Assembly (NCBI GenBank): GCA_000004985.1
Contig: GG738875.1
Source: Naegleria gruberi
Taxonomy: Eukaryota
Length of the DNA: 64,000 nucleotides
Direction: 5' to 3' (one strand)
Shown here: piece after piece, positions 11,402-23,094 of the stretch
Position numbering within the stretch: position 1 is the first letter of the stretch
Layout: every line of letters begins with the position of its first letter
Notes under the pieces: model-generated
What the model was told of the DNA's origin: nothing
Database searches by the model: none
What the model saw: the letters and a program-made list of their open reading frames with translations, nothing else
Made by a program: the position numbers and the translations under genes

Positions 11402-14400
11402 TTAATTTCTATTTGTAAATAATAAAACAACAGATAATGCAATAAGAATTAAAGTGACAATTGACTTGGCATCAAAAGATTTCAAACCAGCATCTGGAGT
11501 AGCACAATCAATCTTTTGAGTGTAACCAGTGAAACATTGACAAACACCTTCACTTGAACATAATCCATTACCATTACAATCATTTGGACATTTTCTACGT
11601 TCACAACTGACACCAGAGTAAGAATCATCACAAGTACAAATACCAATTGAAGTATCACAAGTACCATGACCATTACATTTTGGATCAACACAATTGTACA
11701 AATCACAATCAAATCCAGTGAATGAATCTTCACATGTACAGAAACCTGTAACTGGATCACAAGTACCCTTATAGTTACAATCTCCAGGACATGGTTTAGT
11801 ACCTGTAATGATTAATGAATGTTCTGTACCTAAAGCAACATCAATGGCAAGTTCTCCATTTGGAATTGGAACCTTAGTTGGAGTATAAACATTATTTTGA
11901 TGACCTAAACCCAATTGACCCTTATCATTCAAACCAAACATGTAAACTGCACCACTAGCTGTTAAGAAACCAGCATAATAACCATCAGGTTGAGAAATAA
12001 CAATCTTGACAGCAGTAATTGGAATACTTGGATTCAAAACTGGTGTAGTAATTCTAGAACCATTGAGATTTGGATCTAAACCCAATTGACCATAAGTATT
12101 ATCACCAACAACATAAACACCAACACTTGTTACAATAAATGTAGAGTCAGCACTTGTAATAATGTTAGTAATTGTTGTAATGTTTGTAAATGTACCAACA
12201 GAATTACTGTTAGAATTACTATTCACATTACCAATTTCACGGAAACTTGAACTAGCAGTCAAAGCACCGAAACCTAATTGACCATAAGTACTATCACCAG
12301 TACCATAAACTCTATTGAAATAAGTTCTTGTAGTACCAGAACCACCCTTTGATTCATATGAAACATAAGTTGAATGGAATGGACCAGCAGCAGCCATAAC
12401 GACAGTATTGGTTGACAAACGAATTGGAGCTTCCTTTTCAACGTTAGCAATTTGACCTCTACTGTTACCACCCATAACGAAAAGTGACATGGTAGTTGCT
12501 GTAGTTCTTCTAGCTTTCATAATTGTGTGAATGGCACCACATGAAACTGATTCAATGACAATGGTACCGTTTTCATATTGAATAGTACGTGGAATGAGTG
12601 TAACGTTTGAAGTTGATGTTCCAGTACCAAGACCCATTTGACCATTTGAGTTACTACCCATGGCAAGAACGAGAGTTGAAACATTGGTCATGAAAAAGAC
12701 AGTTGTTTGTACTTTTGATGAATAAGTACCATAACCAATTGAAATACCAGTAACATTGTAAGAATTCAATTCAGGAATAGCACGTGGAACTTGTTGATCA
12801 ATATAAATGTTTGGATTTAAGAAATTGTATGGAGATCTATTACTACCCCATGCCCAAGTCTTACCAGTCAAATATTCAGTAGCAAATGAAACACCATTAC
12901 TAGCATAAACATGATCAAATTGAACATTTGATGCAATGGTACTCAAAACAGTTGGAGAAGTATAGTAAACTTGATCACCAGTTGTGGAAATCTTACCCAT
13001 ACTATAAACACCATTATCAGTAGTTAATACGAAAGTATTCTTTGAGGAAACTGCTAAAATGTATGAGGCAGTTTTTCCACTTGGAACAGTTGTTGAACTC
13101 TTAACAGCTCCAGTAACTGAAGAAGACCATGGATTTAAACCCAATTGACCTTCAGAATTGTCACCACAAACATAAACATCACCAGAAGATGTCAATAAAA
13201 CAGAATGTTGATAAGCAGTGGTAATTTGAGTAATAGTTGTAGATAAAGAAGGTGAGAATAAAGCAGATGAAACTTGAACTGGATAATATGAGCTAGTAGT
13301 TGAAGTACAGAATGAAGCCATATCATTCTTACCCCAGAAATATACCTTGTTTTGATTAGTTGAAGCCAAAGCACCCAATTTGTAAACTGAAATATCTAAA
13401 ACAGTTTCACCATTCAATTGAACTTGAACTGGAGTAGCTTGTTGAGTGATAGAAGTACCATTAATACCCAAAACACCTTCATCATTTGAACCACCAGCAA
13501 AGAGTTTACCATCAGTTGTCAAAACAAACATGGAACGAGAATAACCAACAACTTTTTGAACTGTAGTATAATAGGAAGTACCTAAAAGTGTTGGAGCTTG
13601 AACAATATAATCAGTAATACCCATCTTTTGGAATGCATTATCACCCCATCCATATAATAAATTAGTACTAATTTGAATACCAAATGAAGAATATCCAAAT
13701 GCAAATACTTTGGCTAATTTGAGAGTTGGCACACTATCCATAATTGTGAGATTAGTTGGAGCAACCAAATAATCAAAACCTTTACCAAGTTGTTGATAAT
13801 TGTCTATTTAAATTCATGGATACATAAATAATAATTTTAACACAATAAATGTCAAGTTTTCAAATGCAATCAAATATTTGAAAATGATATGTTAACAAAT
13901 GATCATATAAAATAGATTACATACTATTACCAAAACCATAAAGATCCGAATTTCCATTATTCAAAAGATAGATAACATGTTCAGTACCACAGGCCAATGA
14001 TTTAATACCAACACTGTAGGAAGCAATCAATTGTGGAACTGTGAAACTAGAAGTAGTATTCAAACCTAAATTATTATTATTAGTATTATCATTCAAAAAT
14101 AATCATTATATTCATCACAATTATAATCACACAATTTTAAATAATCACAAATAATAATAATAATATACGTATGTGAGTGAGTGAATGTGATATTACACAA
14201 TTTGTTGCAAATTTTCATCAATTATTATTACATTCTAATAACAACAAACATACCTAATAAATAATTAACAGTTGATGAGAGTGTGTTTGTACTTGAACCC
14301 ATTCCATATAATTTACTTTCTCCTGTAGTTTCGGATACAACAAAGAAAACTCTAACATTTGAACCAGAATCATCTTGTTGAGCGCAAACAAAAGAAACAT

Positions 14401-14626
14401 TCTTTCCTTTGAAAGTATCAATAGCTTGTGGAATGTAGTAATTTTCTTGTCCTAATTGACCAGCAGCATTTGAACCAAATCCATAAACTTTACGTCCTGA
14501 AACTGTTGATGGAAGAGATGATAATCTTTTAGCACGCGGTTTAGTAAATGGATTGTAGGATTTACAATAGATGGAATTTGCAATAAGTATACTGCAAAGT
14601 AGTACAATTAATAGTTTAAATGACAA
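11402..14626 (-). CDS. Secreted/type-I membrane protein with an RCC1-like beta-propeller, tenascin-type EGF repeats and a C-terminal TM anchor; join(14254..14626,13925..14065,11402..13803)
   Basis: Exon 1 has a signal peptide (MSFKLLIVLLCSILIANSIYC). Repeated G-x-N-x-x-GQLG blades run through all exons (YGFGSNAAGQLGQ, GDNSEGQLGLNP, GSNSNGQMGLGTG, GDSTYGQLGFG, GDNTYGQLGLDP, GLNDKGQLGLGH). Cys-rich EGF repeats follow (CPGDCNYKGTCDPVTGFCTCEDSFTGFDC...), then the hydrophobic IVTLILIALSVVLLF. Donors GTATGT in both introns, which are 188 and 121 nt; phases are consistent. Confidence 0.65.
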
Positions 14627-15039
14627 GTTTCTAATGGTTTCGAATAAGTTTATAATGTTTAGTTTTGTGATAACATTAGAATAATACGTTACCTTGATGT
14701 CATTTTTTTCTTCTGTTGAAAATTTGACAAGTGACTTTGTTGATTGGTAACGGCTGCCTTCAAAAATGACATGACAGAACGAATAAATAGAAAGGAATGC
14801 GTCAAATGGATCTTGTTCAATTTTACTTGAGTTTTTTGTTCGTTCACAAATTTTCTTCTAATATCAAACTAGTAGTATGATTCGAACGAATCATTTGGCG
14901 CCATTTTTATTCATCAATGTTTACACTGTAAATTCCAAGCCTCGAGGCTTTCTTGTTAAAAATAGCGAACTTTTACAACAAATAAGTCCTCACTGTTAAA
15001 GTCTTGCGTTTTAATTTTCCAATTTTTAAAAGAAAAAAA

Positions 15040-18000
15040 ATGCCACCAAAGAAGAGGAATATTAATTATGATGATGACGACGATGCTGATGAAAACGATA
15101 ATGCAGGAAATGAGAGTTTAATTGTTCGGGAGCGATTAAATTTTGCTAACCGAAGCAGTAATGGATCATCTTCGGGTGGTGGTAGTGTAGGATCATCGAA
15201 TAGTACTAATCAGTGGTGTGCTTTTAATATTGGTGATAAATCGGAGAATGATATTGAACGTGTGATGATTGCCTACTTGGAAAAGTATCACTTGCAAGAT
15301 ATTAGAGATATTTTGTGTCCTCCTCTCACTCTAACAAATGATGATACAATTCACTATAGTGTATTTATTGATGTTTCACATTTCATGTCTGCAAATATTG
15401 AAATTGGATCAATTTTATTATCATACCCAACAGAATTAATTCCTATTTTTGAGAGAGCACTGATTAAAACACAGCAACGTCACATTGAAAAACAAGAAGT
15501 TATGAAGGAACAATTTAAATTGAAAACATTTGTGCATGTTAGACTTCATACGTTACCACAATGTTCCGAAGTAACAAAAACATCAGTGAGATCTGTGAGG
15601 AGTTGTGACGCTAATAGATTAATTTCTGTCAGTGGTACTGTCATTAAAACAGGGCCTATCAAAATGTTGGAGTATAAGAAGATTTATATTTGTAAAAAGT
15701 GTAAAAAGTCATTTGATATTGTTGCAGATAGAGAACAATTTAATAGTATAACGAAACCAACACAATGCCCAATTGAAGATTGTGGAGGAAAATCATTTAT
15801 TTCGAGAGAGGATGAAATTGTTTGTAGAGATTATCAGGAAATCAAAATTCAAGACAAAATTTCACAACTACATGTTGGTTCAATTCCTCGTTCCATTCTT
15901 GTAGTTTTGGAAGATGATTTAGTGGATGTTGTAAAAGCTGGAGATGATGTAATTTTAACAGGAATACCTTTCAGAAGATGGAAAACTTTTAAAAACGATG
16001 CTAGATGTGGTGTTGATATGGCTGTATGGAGTAATCACATTCGTATTGGAAATGAAAAGAAGAGTGCAATGAACGTTACAGAAGAATTGAAATCAGAATT
16101 TAAACACTTTTGGGAAAAGTATAAGGAGAATCCATTGGCAGGAAGAAGCTTAATTTTGAAGAGTATGTGCCCTCAATTATTTGGATTGTACTTTGTCAAG
16201 TTGGCAGTTGCGTTGACTATTATTGGAGGAGTACCAATGAAAAAGAATAATACACGTATTAGAGGAGAGTCACATTTATTGATTGTTGGTGATCCAGGTA
16301 CTGGAAAAAGTCAATTTTTGAAATATGCCTCTAAATTGAGTCCCAGATATGTAATGACAAATGGAATTGGTACAACTAGTGCCGGTCTGACAGTTATGGC
16401 TTCAAAAGAGTCTGGAGGAGATTGGGCCCTTGAAGCAGGTGCTCTTGTTTTGGCTGATGGAGGAGTTTGTTGCATTGATGAATTTGATGCTATCAGAGAA
16501 CATGACAGAGTAACCATTCACGAAGCTATGGAACAACAAACCCTCAGTATTGCAAAAGCTGGTTTAGTTTGTAAATTGAATACGAGAACAACTGTTTTGG
16601 CAGCATGTAATCCAAAGGGAAAGTATGATTTGGAAGCAAGTATTTCTGTAAATTGTGCACTTGCTAGTCCATTGTTGAGTCGTTTTGACATTGTACTTGT
16701 ACTTTTAGATTCCCAAGATGAAGAGTGGGACAATAGAGTTTCATCATTCATTCTCAATGAGCAACAAATGGAAGAGGAAGATTCTCAGTTATGGTCATTT
16801 GATAAGTTGAGAGCTTATATTTCCTATATCAAATCAGAATATCATCCACAAATACCGCCAGAAAGTGGTAGAATCTTAACAGAATACTATAGACTTCAAA
16901 GAAGAGCTGACAGAAGAGTTGCTGCAAGAACAACTATTCGTTTGCTTGAGTCTTTAGTTAGATTAGCCCAAGCTCATGCCAGACTCATGTGTAGAAAAGA
17001 GGTTACTGTCCAAGATGCTGTAATGTCTGTATTAACTGTTGATATTTCTTCCAATACTTCATCTTTACTGAATGTTTCATCTGTACTTCATTCTAATTTC
17101 CCAGACGATCCAGATAGTGATTATAAGGGTTATATTGAAATGGTTCTTTTCAAGTTAGGTATTGGTTTACAAGATCCTAGAACTGTTAATTTTTCAATGC
17201 CTCCTCAAAATCAAAGACAACAAATCACACAAAAGAAACCAACACAACAAGCCACTCAAAGAGAAGAAAGAGTGGATGAACCCTTAATAGACGATGATGA
17301 TGACCAAGTTGATTTTGGTTTTACTGATGATGAACCTCAACCTGAACAAGTTACCAGTCATGCTGTGAGAACTCCAACAAAACCTAATCAAGGATCATCC
17401 AAACGTAAAATTGAGCATCACCAGGAAGAGCCTGAAGAGGATTATCGATCTCCACAAAAAAAGAAGAAAAGTGTCTTCTCAACCCAAGATCTAGAAGAAG
17501 TAGAAAATGATATTCATAGAACACCTTCTCTTCCTTCAAATCGTAACCTAAACAATTTTAAAGAGCATTTGAGATCTAAGGGAAAGGATTTGGAAACATC
17601 AGAGCTCCCTCAACCTCCAAAACCTATTGAGCCACCAAGGTCTATTTTACAAAAACCTCAAGCTCCACCAATTGTTGAAAAAACCTCCTCTTCTGTCCAA
17701 TTTAACAAACCTTCACCACCTCCACAACAACAAAATGTACAGCAACCAAAAGATAATATCCCTAGTATAAATCCACCCCCTTCAAAACCACCTTCCAGAC
17801 AAACTCCTCAAGATATTATTCCTCCAGTAACCAATAATCAACAACAGCCTACAAAACCAGCCCAACAAGCAACTCCACAAACAGGAAGAGGTAGAAGTTT
17901 ATTATCTAATCTTGGTTCACGAACTAATCAAGTAGCTCAACAACCTCCACCCCAACAATTTCAACAACCTCCACGACCAGCTCAACCAGCTACAGATCAA

Positions 18001-18159
18001 CCTCAAAAGGATGATTCATTTGAATTACCAGAATCGTTTACGTTAGGAGATGATACCAGCTTCTTACTAGACGCAACCCCAACCAAACCATCCAATAGCT
18101 CTGGAAATAATTCTAAAAGACTTATTGATGATAATGATGAGCTTGATGGACTAATTTAA
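15040..18159 (+). CDS. mcm9: DNA helicase MCM9, single exon
   Basis: ATG at 15040 (aaaaaaaATGccaccaaag). A Zn-finger-like CKKCKKSF...CPIEDCGG region, Walker A GDPGTGKSQ, an MCM box IDEFDAIREHDRVTIHEAMEQQTLSIAKAGLVCKLNTRTTVLAACNPKGKYD, and SRFDIVLVLLD. There is extended similarity to metazoan MCM9, including RTTIRLLESLVRLAQAHARLM, and a long low-complexity C-terminal tail typical of MCM9. Confidence 0.85.
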   Translation: MPPKKRNINYDDDDDADENDNAGNESLIVRERLNFANRSSNGSSSGGGSVGSSNSTNQWCAFNIGDKSENDIERVMIAYLEKYHLQDIRDILCPPLTLTNDDTIHYSVFIDVSHFMSANIEIGSILLSYPTELIPIFERALIKTQQRHIEKQEVMKEQFKLKTFVHVRLHTLPQCSEVTKTSVRSVRSCDANRLISVSGTVIKTGPIKMLEYKKIYICKKCKKSFDIVADREQFNSITKPTQCPIEDCGGKSFISREDEIVCRDYQEIKIQDKISQLHVGSIPRSILVVLEDDLVDVVKAGDDVILTGIPFRRWKTFKNDARCGVDMAVWSNHIRIGNEKKSAMNVTEELKSEFKHFWEKYKENPLAGRSLILKSMCPQLFGLYFVKLAVALTIIGGVPMKKNNTRIRGESHLLIVGDPGTGKSQFLKYASKLSPRYVMTNGIGTTSAGLTVMASKESGGDWALEAGALVLADGGVCCIDEFDAIREHDRVTIHEAMEQQTLSIAKAGLVCKLNTRTTVLAACNPKGKYDLEASISVNCALASPLLSRFDIVLVLLDSQDEEWDNRVSSFILNEQQMEEEDSQLWSFDKLRAYISYIKSEYHPQIPPESGRILTEYYRLQRRADRRVAARTTIRLLESLVRLAQAHARLMCRKEVTVQDAVMSVLTVDISSNTSSLLNVSSVLHSNFPDDPDSDYKGYIEMVLFKLGIGLQDPRTVNFSMPPQNQRQQITQKKPTQQATQREERVDEPLIDDDDDQVDFGFTDDEPQPEQVTSHAVRTPTKPNQGSSKRKIEHHQEEPEEDYRSPQKKKKSVFSTQDLEEVENDIHRTPSLPSNRNLNNFKEHLRSKGKDLETSELPQPPKPIEPPRSILQKPQAPPIVEKTSSSVQFNKPSPPPQQQNVQQPKDNIPSINPPPSKPPSRQTPQDIIPPVTNNQQQPTKPAQQATPQTGRGRSLLSNLGSRTNQVAQQPPPQQFQQPPRPAQPATDQPQKDDSFELPESFTLGDDTSFLLDATPTKPSNSSGNNSKRLIDDNDELDGLI

Positions 18160-20203
18160 AGTTAAAACTCCAACACTATTATAAAATACCAACAAATATT
18201 GGTCTGATGAGTCATGTTTGTGAATAAAAATAACTTTCTTCCCAATTTTGACTCTTGAAACCACTTTGTAATTTTCTTCAATATCAATCTTGTTGATTAT
18301 TGAGATTTTTTCCTCTGGTAAATATTCTACAAACAAGATTTTCTTGCCATCAACTAGTGAATGAAGTATTTGATGTTTGTTTTTTCTTGAAGTAAAATCT
18401 GCAACTAGTTCAATCTTTTCAGTAATGGTGTTGAAAATAAAAATACATCCTGAATTCTGAATCAAAACCTTTCCAACATCTACTCGTTGAATATTATTGT
18501 ACGAAGCGTTTGTCGTTGGAATGCAAGGAAAGAAGAATTCATCACACTTTTTGAAAACAGCTTTCTTATTCCCTGGATCTGTTTCTACTAAATCAATGTA
18601 CGTGTATTTCACTGTTGTTTCACTAAGCATAATCAAACATTCCTTTTTAGAATCTATTTTAACAGATTTAATCTTATAAATTGATTTGTCAAATAATTTC
18701 TCACTAACTGCACGGGCCGTATTGGTCATGAAAACCACACAAGTAATTCTTCCACTGAAAAATTCGAATTAAATCCGTAAAACCAATACTTACTGATCAC
18801 TTGATAGATACCAAACATTTTTATCTATCGAACTAGGAGTAAATGATCTTATTTTCTGGCATGAAAAATCTGAAAACTCCAGAGTCAATCTAATATTCTG
18901 GAATGAATCCAACAATGTAAATTTAGGAATAAAAGTATCTCCCACAAGTGTATAAGATCCAAATGTGTGTAAATATAAATTTCCATTTGAAAGATTCTTC
19001 TTTTCCAATCCCAATGATTTATAATCCTTGATTTTAGGGTCATCTATTCCAATTCCATCTTCTTTTTTGGTCAATCCAACTAAACAAATTTGATTATTAT
19101 TATAAAAAACCATTTTGGCGGCTCCCTTAATACATCCAACCAAGTTATCAATGGGAATTTGAACTTCTGGAATTCTCTTAGGTATTGGTGATAGTGAAAA
19201 GTTTTTCTCTTTCATAATTACAATATGTTGATCGAATTGATAGGGTTTGCATTTCTTTTGAGGAGATTCCTCAGCTAATCTTGTTGTCACAGTTTTTCTT
19301 TTTGGTGTCTTAGGATGATCCACTGTATCATTGATTGTTTGAGAAGTTGATGCTGAGGCATATGACGTCGAGGTAGAACTTTGGTTTGCTGTTGTTTGAG
19401 AATAAATGTGAGATTGAAGGGTGGGTAGTTCTACGTTAATTACATCTGTCCTCCTAATTCCTCAAAGCATTCCTCATCAACTATTTGAGAAATAGATTTA
19501 AATTGCACATCACTTGACTCTCCAATTGTGACAATAGCTCCTTTATCAGGTCTGGATTGATTTGATTTAGGCTTTTTTGTAATCATATTGGGTGATGTTT
19601 CAATTCTTGTTTGTGACTTGGGATGTAAAAAGTGTTGTGTATGATAATTAATAAATTTTTCCTTGGCATCTTGAAAATCAAATTGTCTAACCTTAAATTC
19701 AGCTTGAAGTTGTTTCACTCTCATATGATACGGGCCATTATTTATACGAAACAAGTTGACAACCTCATTAATTCTTTCCATTACTTTTTTACTAGCTCCA
19801 ATATTCTTACTATTATGAATTTAATGAGTTTAAATATGACTTTGATTACTAACTTTGCAATTTCATATATTAAATGTGTTTGTAATAATGAAAGAATGCA
19901 ATCCTTGACTGATTTTACTACATTTCCATCATTGGATAAATACCTGGAAATATAACAAAAACCATGATCAAATTCATTATTTTCTACAAAATCCAATAAA
20001 TGTTCAATGTTAAAGTGGTTTGTCTCCCTGTCAAATTCTTGTTTAATAGAATATAATTTTCTAATCTGTAAATAATTACTAATAAATAAATCAACACTAG
20101 AAATAAATTCCTGGTCTGTTGCTACCAATTGTCTAATTTCCGATAGAGATGGAAAAATGTAACCAGTAGTTGTTGTAGAAAAACCCTCTTCTTGTTGGGA
20201 CAT
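18151..20203 (-). CDS. Hypothetical multi-exon gene of about 600 aa; product not recognised
   Basis: Three consecutive minus-strand ORFs carry protein-like sequence: MSQQEEGFSTTTTGYIFPSL... then MERINEVVNLF... then ...PKTPKRKTVTTRLAEE.... A clear 39-nt intron at 18755..18793 (donor GTAAGT, acceptor TTTTCAG) joins ...VWYLSSD to HGRITCVVFMTNTARAV. Two further upstream introns are required, because there is no in-frame ATG in the 18794-19480 frame and it is shifted relative to the 19440-19781 exon. Their exact splice sites are not resolved. Candidates are a GTTAGT donor near 19850 with an AG acceptor near 19775, and a GTAATT donor at 19445. Confidence 0.45.
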
Positions 20204-20266
20204 TTTTTTTTCTGGTTTTTTACAAGAGAATTAAATTATGAATGTTTGAGAAGTTATGGAGATAGT

Positions 20267-21308
20267 TTATTGTTTCTTTTCTTCAGCCTTCTTTTGCATC
20301 TTCTTCATGAGACCAGAAAGGAAACCCTTCATTTGCTTCATCAAGAATGATTCAGGAACCAAAGCCAACAAACTGACAACCAAATCATGTGGCCAGTAAG
20401 CAGAAGTCAAACCATAGCTGACACCGAATGGACAACCAATAATATCAACACATGATCTAGCATAAACAGTAGCTTCTGGCTTCATCAAAGTAGCTCTTCT
20501 AACCATAGTCATGTCAGACTTGACCCACATTGGAGAAAGACCATAAACTTCCATCTTTGGAGCTTCATATTTCAAAGCAAGACTGAAAGCATTAATGAAT
20601 GACTTGGTAGCAGCATAAACAGTCATCAATGGAGTTGGATATTGAGCAGTATATGAAGAAAGATTCAAAATAGTACCTCTTTCATTCATGATTGGCATAA
20701 TAGCTCTGGTAACACTCAAAACTGAATGAAGGTTAACCTTGATAAGCTTATCAAAATCACTTTCTGGTTGTTCAGTGAATGGGAATGGAGAATTGTTAGT
20801 ATTATTAATACCAACATTGTTAACCAAAACATCAACCTTGTTGTTACCAACAACATTCAACAAGGCTTGTTTGATTTCTTCTCTTGAAGCCTTTTCGAAA
20901 TCAACAATAGCAATAGAAACTTGATTCTTATACTTGGTTTCGAGAGTATTCTTCAAGTTTTGTCCCTTTTCTTCGTTTCTGGCAACAACAATAACGTTGG
21001 CTCCACGTCTACTGAATTCATGAGCAAATCCTTCTCCGATACCTATTATTTAATAATAATATAATTAATAATATTTCATCAGAAATTAATTGTCATCATT
21101 AATCGGCCAATTATGATTAATAAAAACACCACTCTCTAATAAACCTACCAGAAGTAGCACCAGTAATCAAAACATTCTTTCCTCTGTAATTAGTTGAATT
21201 CTTATAGATGAAGTGAGCATAGATAAAACCAACAACCTTCTTGAGCAAGACAAGGCCAAGGATGACACCCAATGTGTAAACGACGCAGGAAAATCCACAA
21301 CAAGACAT
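20267..21308 (-). CDS. Short-chain dehydrogenase/reductase with an N-terminal TM anchor (very-long-chain 3-ketoacyl-CoA reductase / 17beta-HSD12-like); join(21149..21308,20267..21042)
   Basis: Exon 1 encodes MSCCGFSCVVYTLGVILGLVLL...KNVLITGATSG, a TM helix followed by the Rossmann motif. A GTAGGT donor and a 106-nt intron join it to IGEGFAHEFSRRGANVIVVARN.... The catalytic YAATK (Y-x-x-x-K) motif is present and the C-terminus ends with a di-lysine. Confidence 0.75.
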
Positions 21309-21521
21309 TTTTTATTTTCGATCCTCGTTGCTTGAATTGTTCATGGAGAATCTCACACTTTTAAATATTTCACACACAAAACACCTCCACAAATTGTGAA
21401 TCATATTGATGGTTCAATATTAAATTGACAGTTGGTGGGGGTAATACTTTTGCAACGAATAGTAAGGATGATGACTGTTCATTTGATGTCCTCTTATTTA
21501 GTGGTTTGTCAATATAATGTA

Positions 21522-22619
21522 CTATACTTTGAAATGAGTCCATGGAATGGAATTGCTCTTATTGATTTCAGAGTCATTTTCTGGCATGAATAATGGATCT
21601 GTATCTCTGTAATAGTAATGAATATTTCCTTGATTATCCATTAGAATGATTGTTTGGGATCTGGTTTTAAAGTAGGTCTTATTTACATAAATGTTGTAAT
21701 GTGAGTCAAGTCGTGATCTGAAATGAAGAGGACCAGCACCGTCTTTCATAAAGTGTTGTGGAATCAGATTCAACAGGGATGGGTCTTTGCTATGATCCAG
21801 TTGTTCAATGTTTGTAAGGTGATTGATAATTTGTTCTTCCTCCTTGAAATGTTCTCTGAATCTATTAGTAATACATTTTTCTAATTTTTGGAGCATTACA
21901 TCTGGATCTGTGATTTCTCTATTTTCTTTCACAGTTTTTTCAAGTAAATTCTTGAGAAGATCAAGTTTGTATTTCTTATAAAGTTCATTCCTACAATCAT
22001 CCAAATATGTATTTGAAACAATGTGAATCTCATTATTGATCTCCTCAATTTTGTAATAGTTTAGGAGATTTTGAGCTTGATCATCTCTATTGGTCATGTA
22101 AAACATTGGATTTACGCCATCCAGATTTCCCATAATAATGTTAAATCCTCGCATGTGTTTTTCTTCTCCAAAATATTGATCGAGAACATTTTTCCTTAAT
22201 TCTTCAATTTCAATTGAGGATTTCAATTTTTTTGGAAATAAACAAATTCCATTCACAATAAATCCTCTAGAAATCAAATGATCTGTATCTGCAGTTGGAC
22301 CAAATACATTTGTCAACACAACCATATTCTTTGTATCTAAATTGAGACTATTTACAATTAAATTTGGAAAATAAATGAAAACAAACCCCATCCATGTTCC
22401 TCCCTCTTTCTTATCAATACATGAGAGAATTCTAAATCCTGTTTGAGAATCTACTCTGATATCAATTTCACCTGTAGATCTAAGTGGATCTTCATCTCTA
22501 AAATTTTCAATCAAAAAAAAATTAATTTTTTAAAAATCCAAAAATAACTCATACCTATTGTCAACCAAAATGAAAGGGAAGTAAGGGTGAAATGATTGAA
22601 TACACCCTACAATACACAT
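21522..22619 (-). CDS. TANGO2 (NRDE-family) protein; join(22555..22619,21522..22497)
   Basis: Exon 1 encodes MCIVGCIQSFHPYFPFILVDN and ends at AG|GTATGA. A 57-nt intron and a TTTTAG acceptor restore N-R-DEDPLRS, the NRDE motif. Downstream are EGGTWMGF, RGFNIIMGNLDG and KTRSQTIILMDNQGNIHYY, matching conserved TANGO2 blocks (EGGTWLG, NGFNL, TRT.TIIL). Confidence 0.75.
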
Positions 22620-22636
22620 TTTTTTTATTTTTAATT

Positions 22637-22993
22637 TTATTCCAATTGTTTCTTCTTGAGTAATGCATCAATTTGTTGATTTGCTTGAGCCAATTCTCCA
22701 TACCATTCATGATGGTGCATATCAGCATATTGCTTATCTCCTCTAAGTGGACTAGAATTGGAGAGTGGGAACAATACGTCACTAGTAATTTTATTAATTT
22801 GATGTTCGGCACTCTTGAAGGTTGATCTATTAAAATCAACACAAGAATTAATTGGTACACATTCAATAGCATACATTCCGATGATGATGAAGATTACAGT
22901 TATATTAATAACAATAAATATATAATGAACATGAATCAAAAAAACATACCCAAACACTGATTTGACTACTCCTCTCGCCAAAGCACACAACAT
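22637..22993 (-). CDS. Hypothetical 77-aa protein; join(22950..22993,22637..22826)
   Basis: ATG at 22993 (tagaaaaATG). Exon 1 encodes MLCALARGVVKSVF and ends at GG|GTATGT. A 123-nt intron and a TTTAATAG acceptor join it to GSTFKSAEHQINKITSDVLFPLSNSSPLRGDKQYADMHHHEWYGELAQANQQIDALLKKKQLE*. The N-terminus looks like an amphipathic presequence. No homologue recognised. The long ORF-track protein (185 aa from a non-ATG start) is mostly intron read-through. Confidence 0.4.
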   Translation of the reverse strand: MLCALARGVVKSVFGYVFLIHVHYIFIVINITVIFIIIGMYAIECVPINSCVDFNRSTFKSAEHQINKITSDVLFPLSNSSPLRGDKQYADMHHHEWYGELAQANQQIDALLKKKQLE

Positions 22994-23094
22994 TTTTCTA
23001 AAATTGATTTCTTCTATTTGTTGTGTAGCGTTAATTTGATGGCACGTGAAGAAAAACAACAAGAAGCAAATTAAAAGGCGCAAAGTGAAAAAAA

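Noticed and set aside
11482-13374. Several 60-95-aa ORFs on both strands inside the large RCC1/EGF exon (e.g. 11482..11760, 12274..12471, 13192..13374), and similar ones inside MCM9, symplekin, REP and the coiled-coil gene
   Set aside because: They are alternative-frame or antisense ORFs inside well-supported long coding exons. They are hydrophobic, low-complexity translations typical of off-frame reading of AT-rich coding DNA.
15004-15039. MCM9 start at 15004 (MRFNFPIFKRKK…)
   Set aside because: The codon at 15004 is not ATG. The first ATG, in an A-rich context, is at 15040 (MPPKKRN…).
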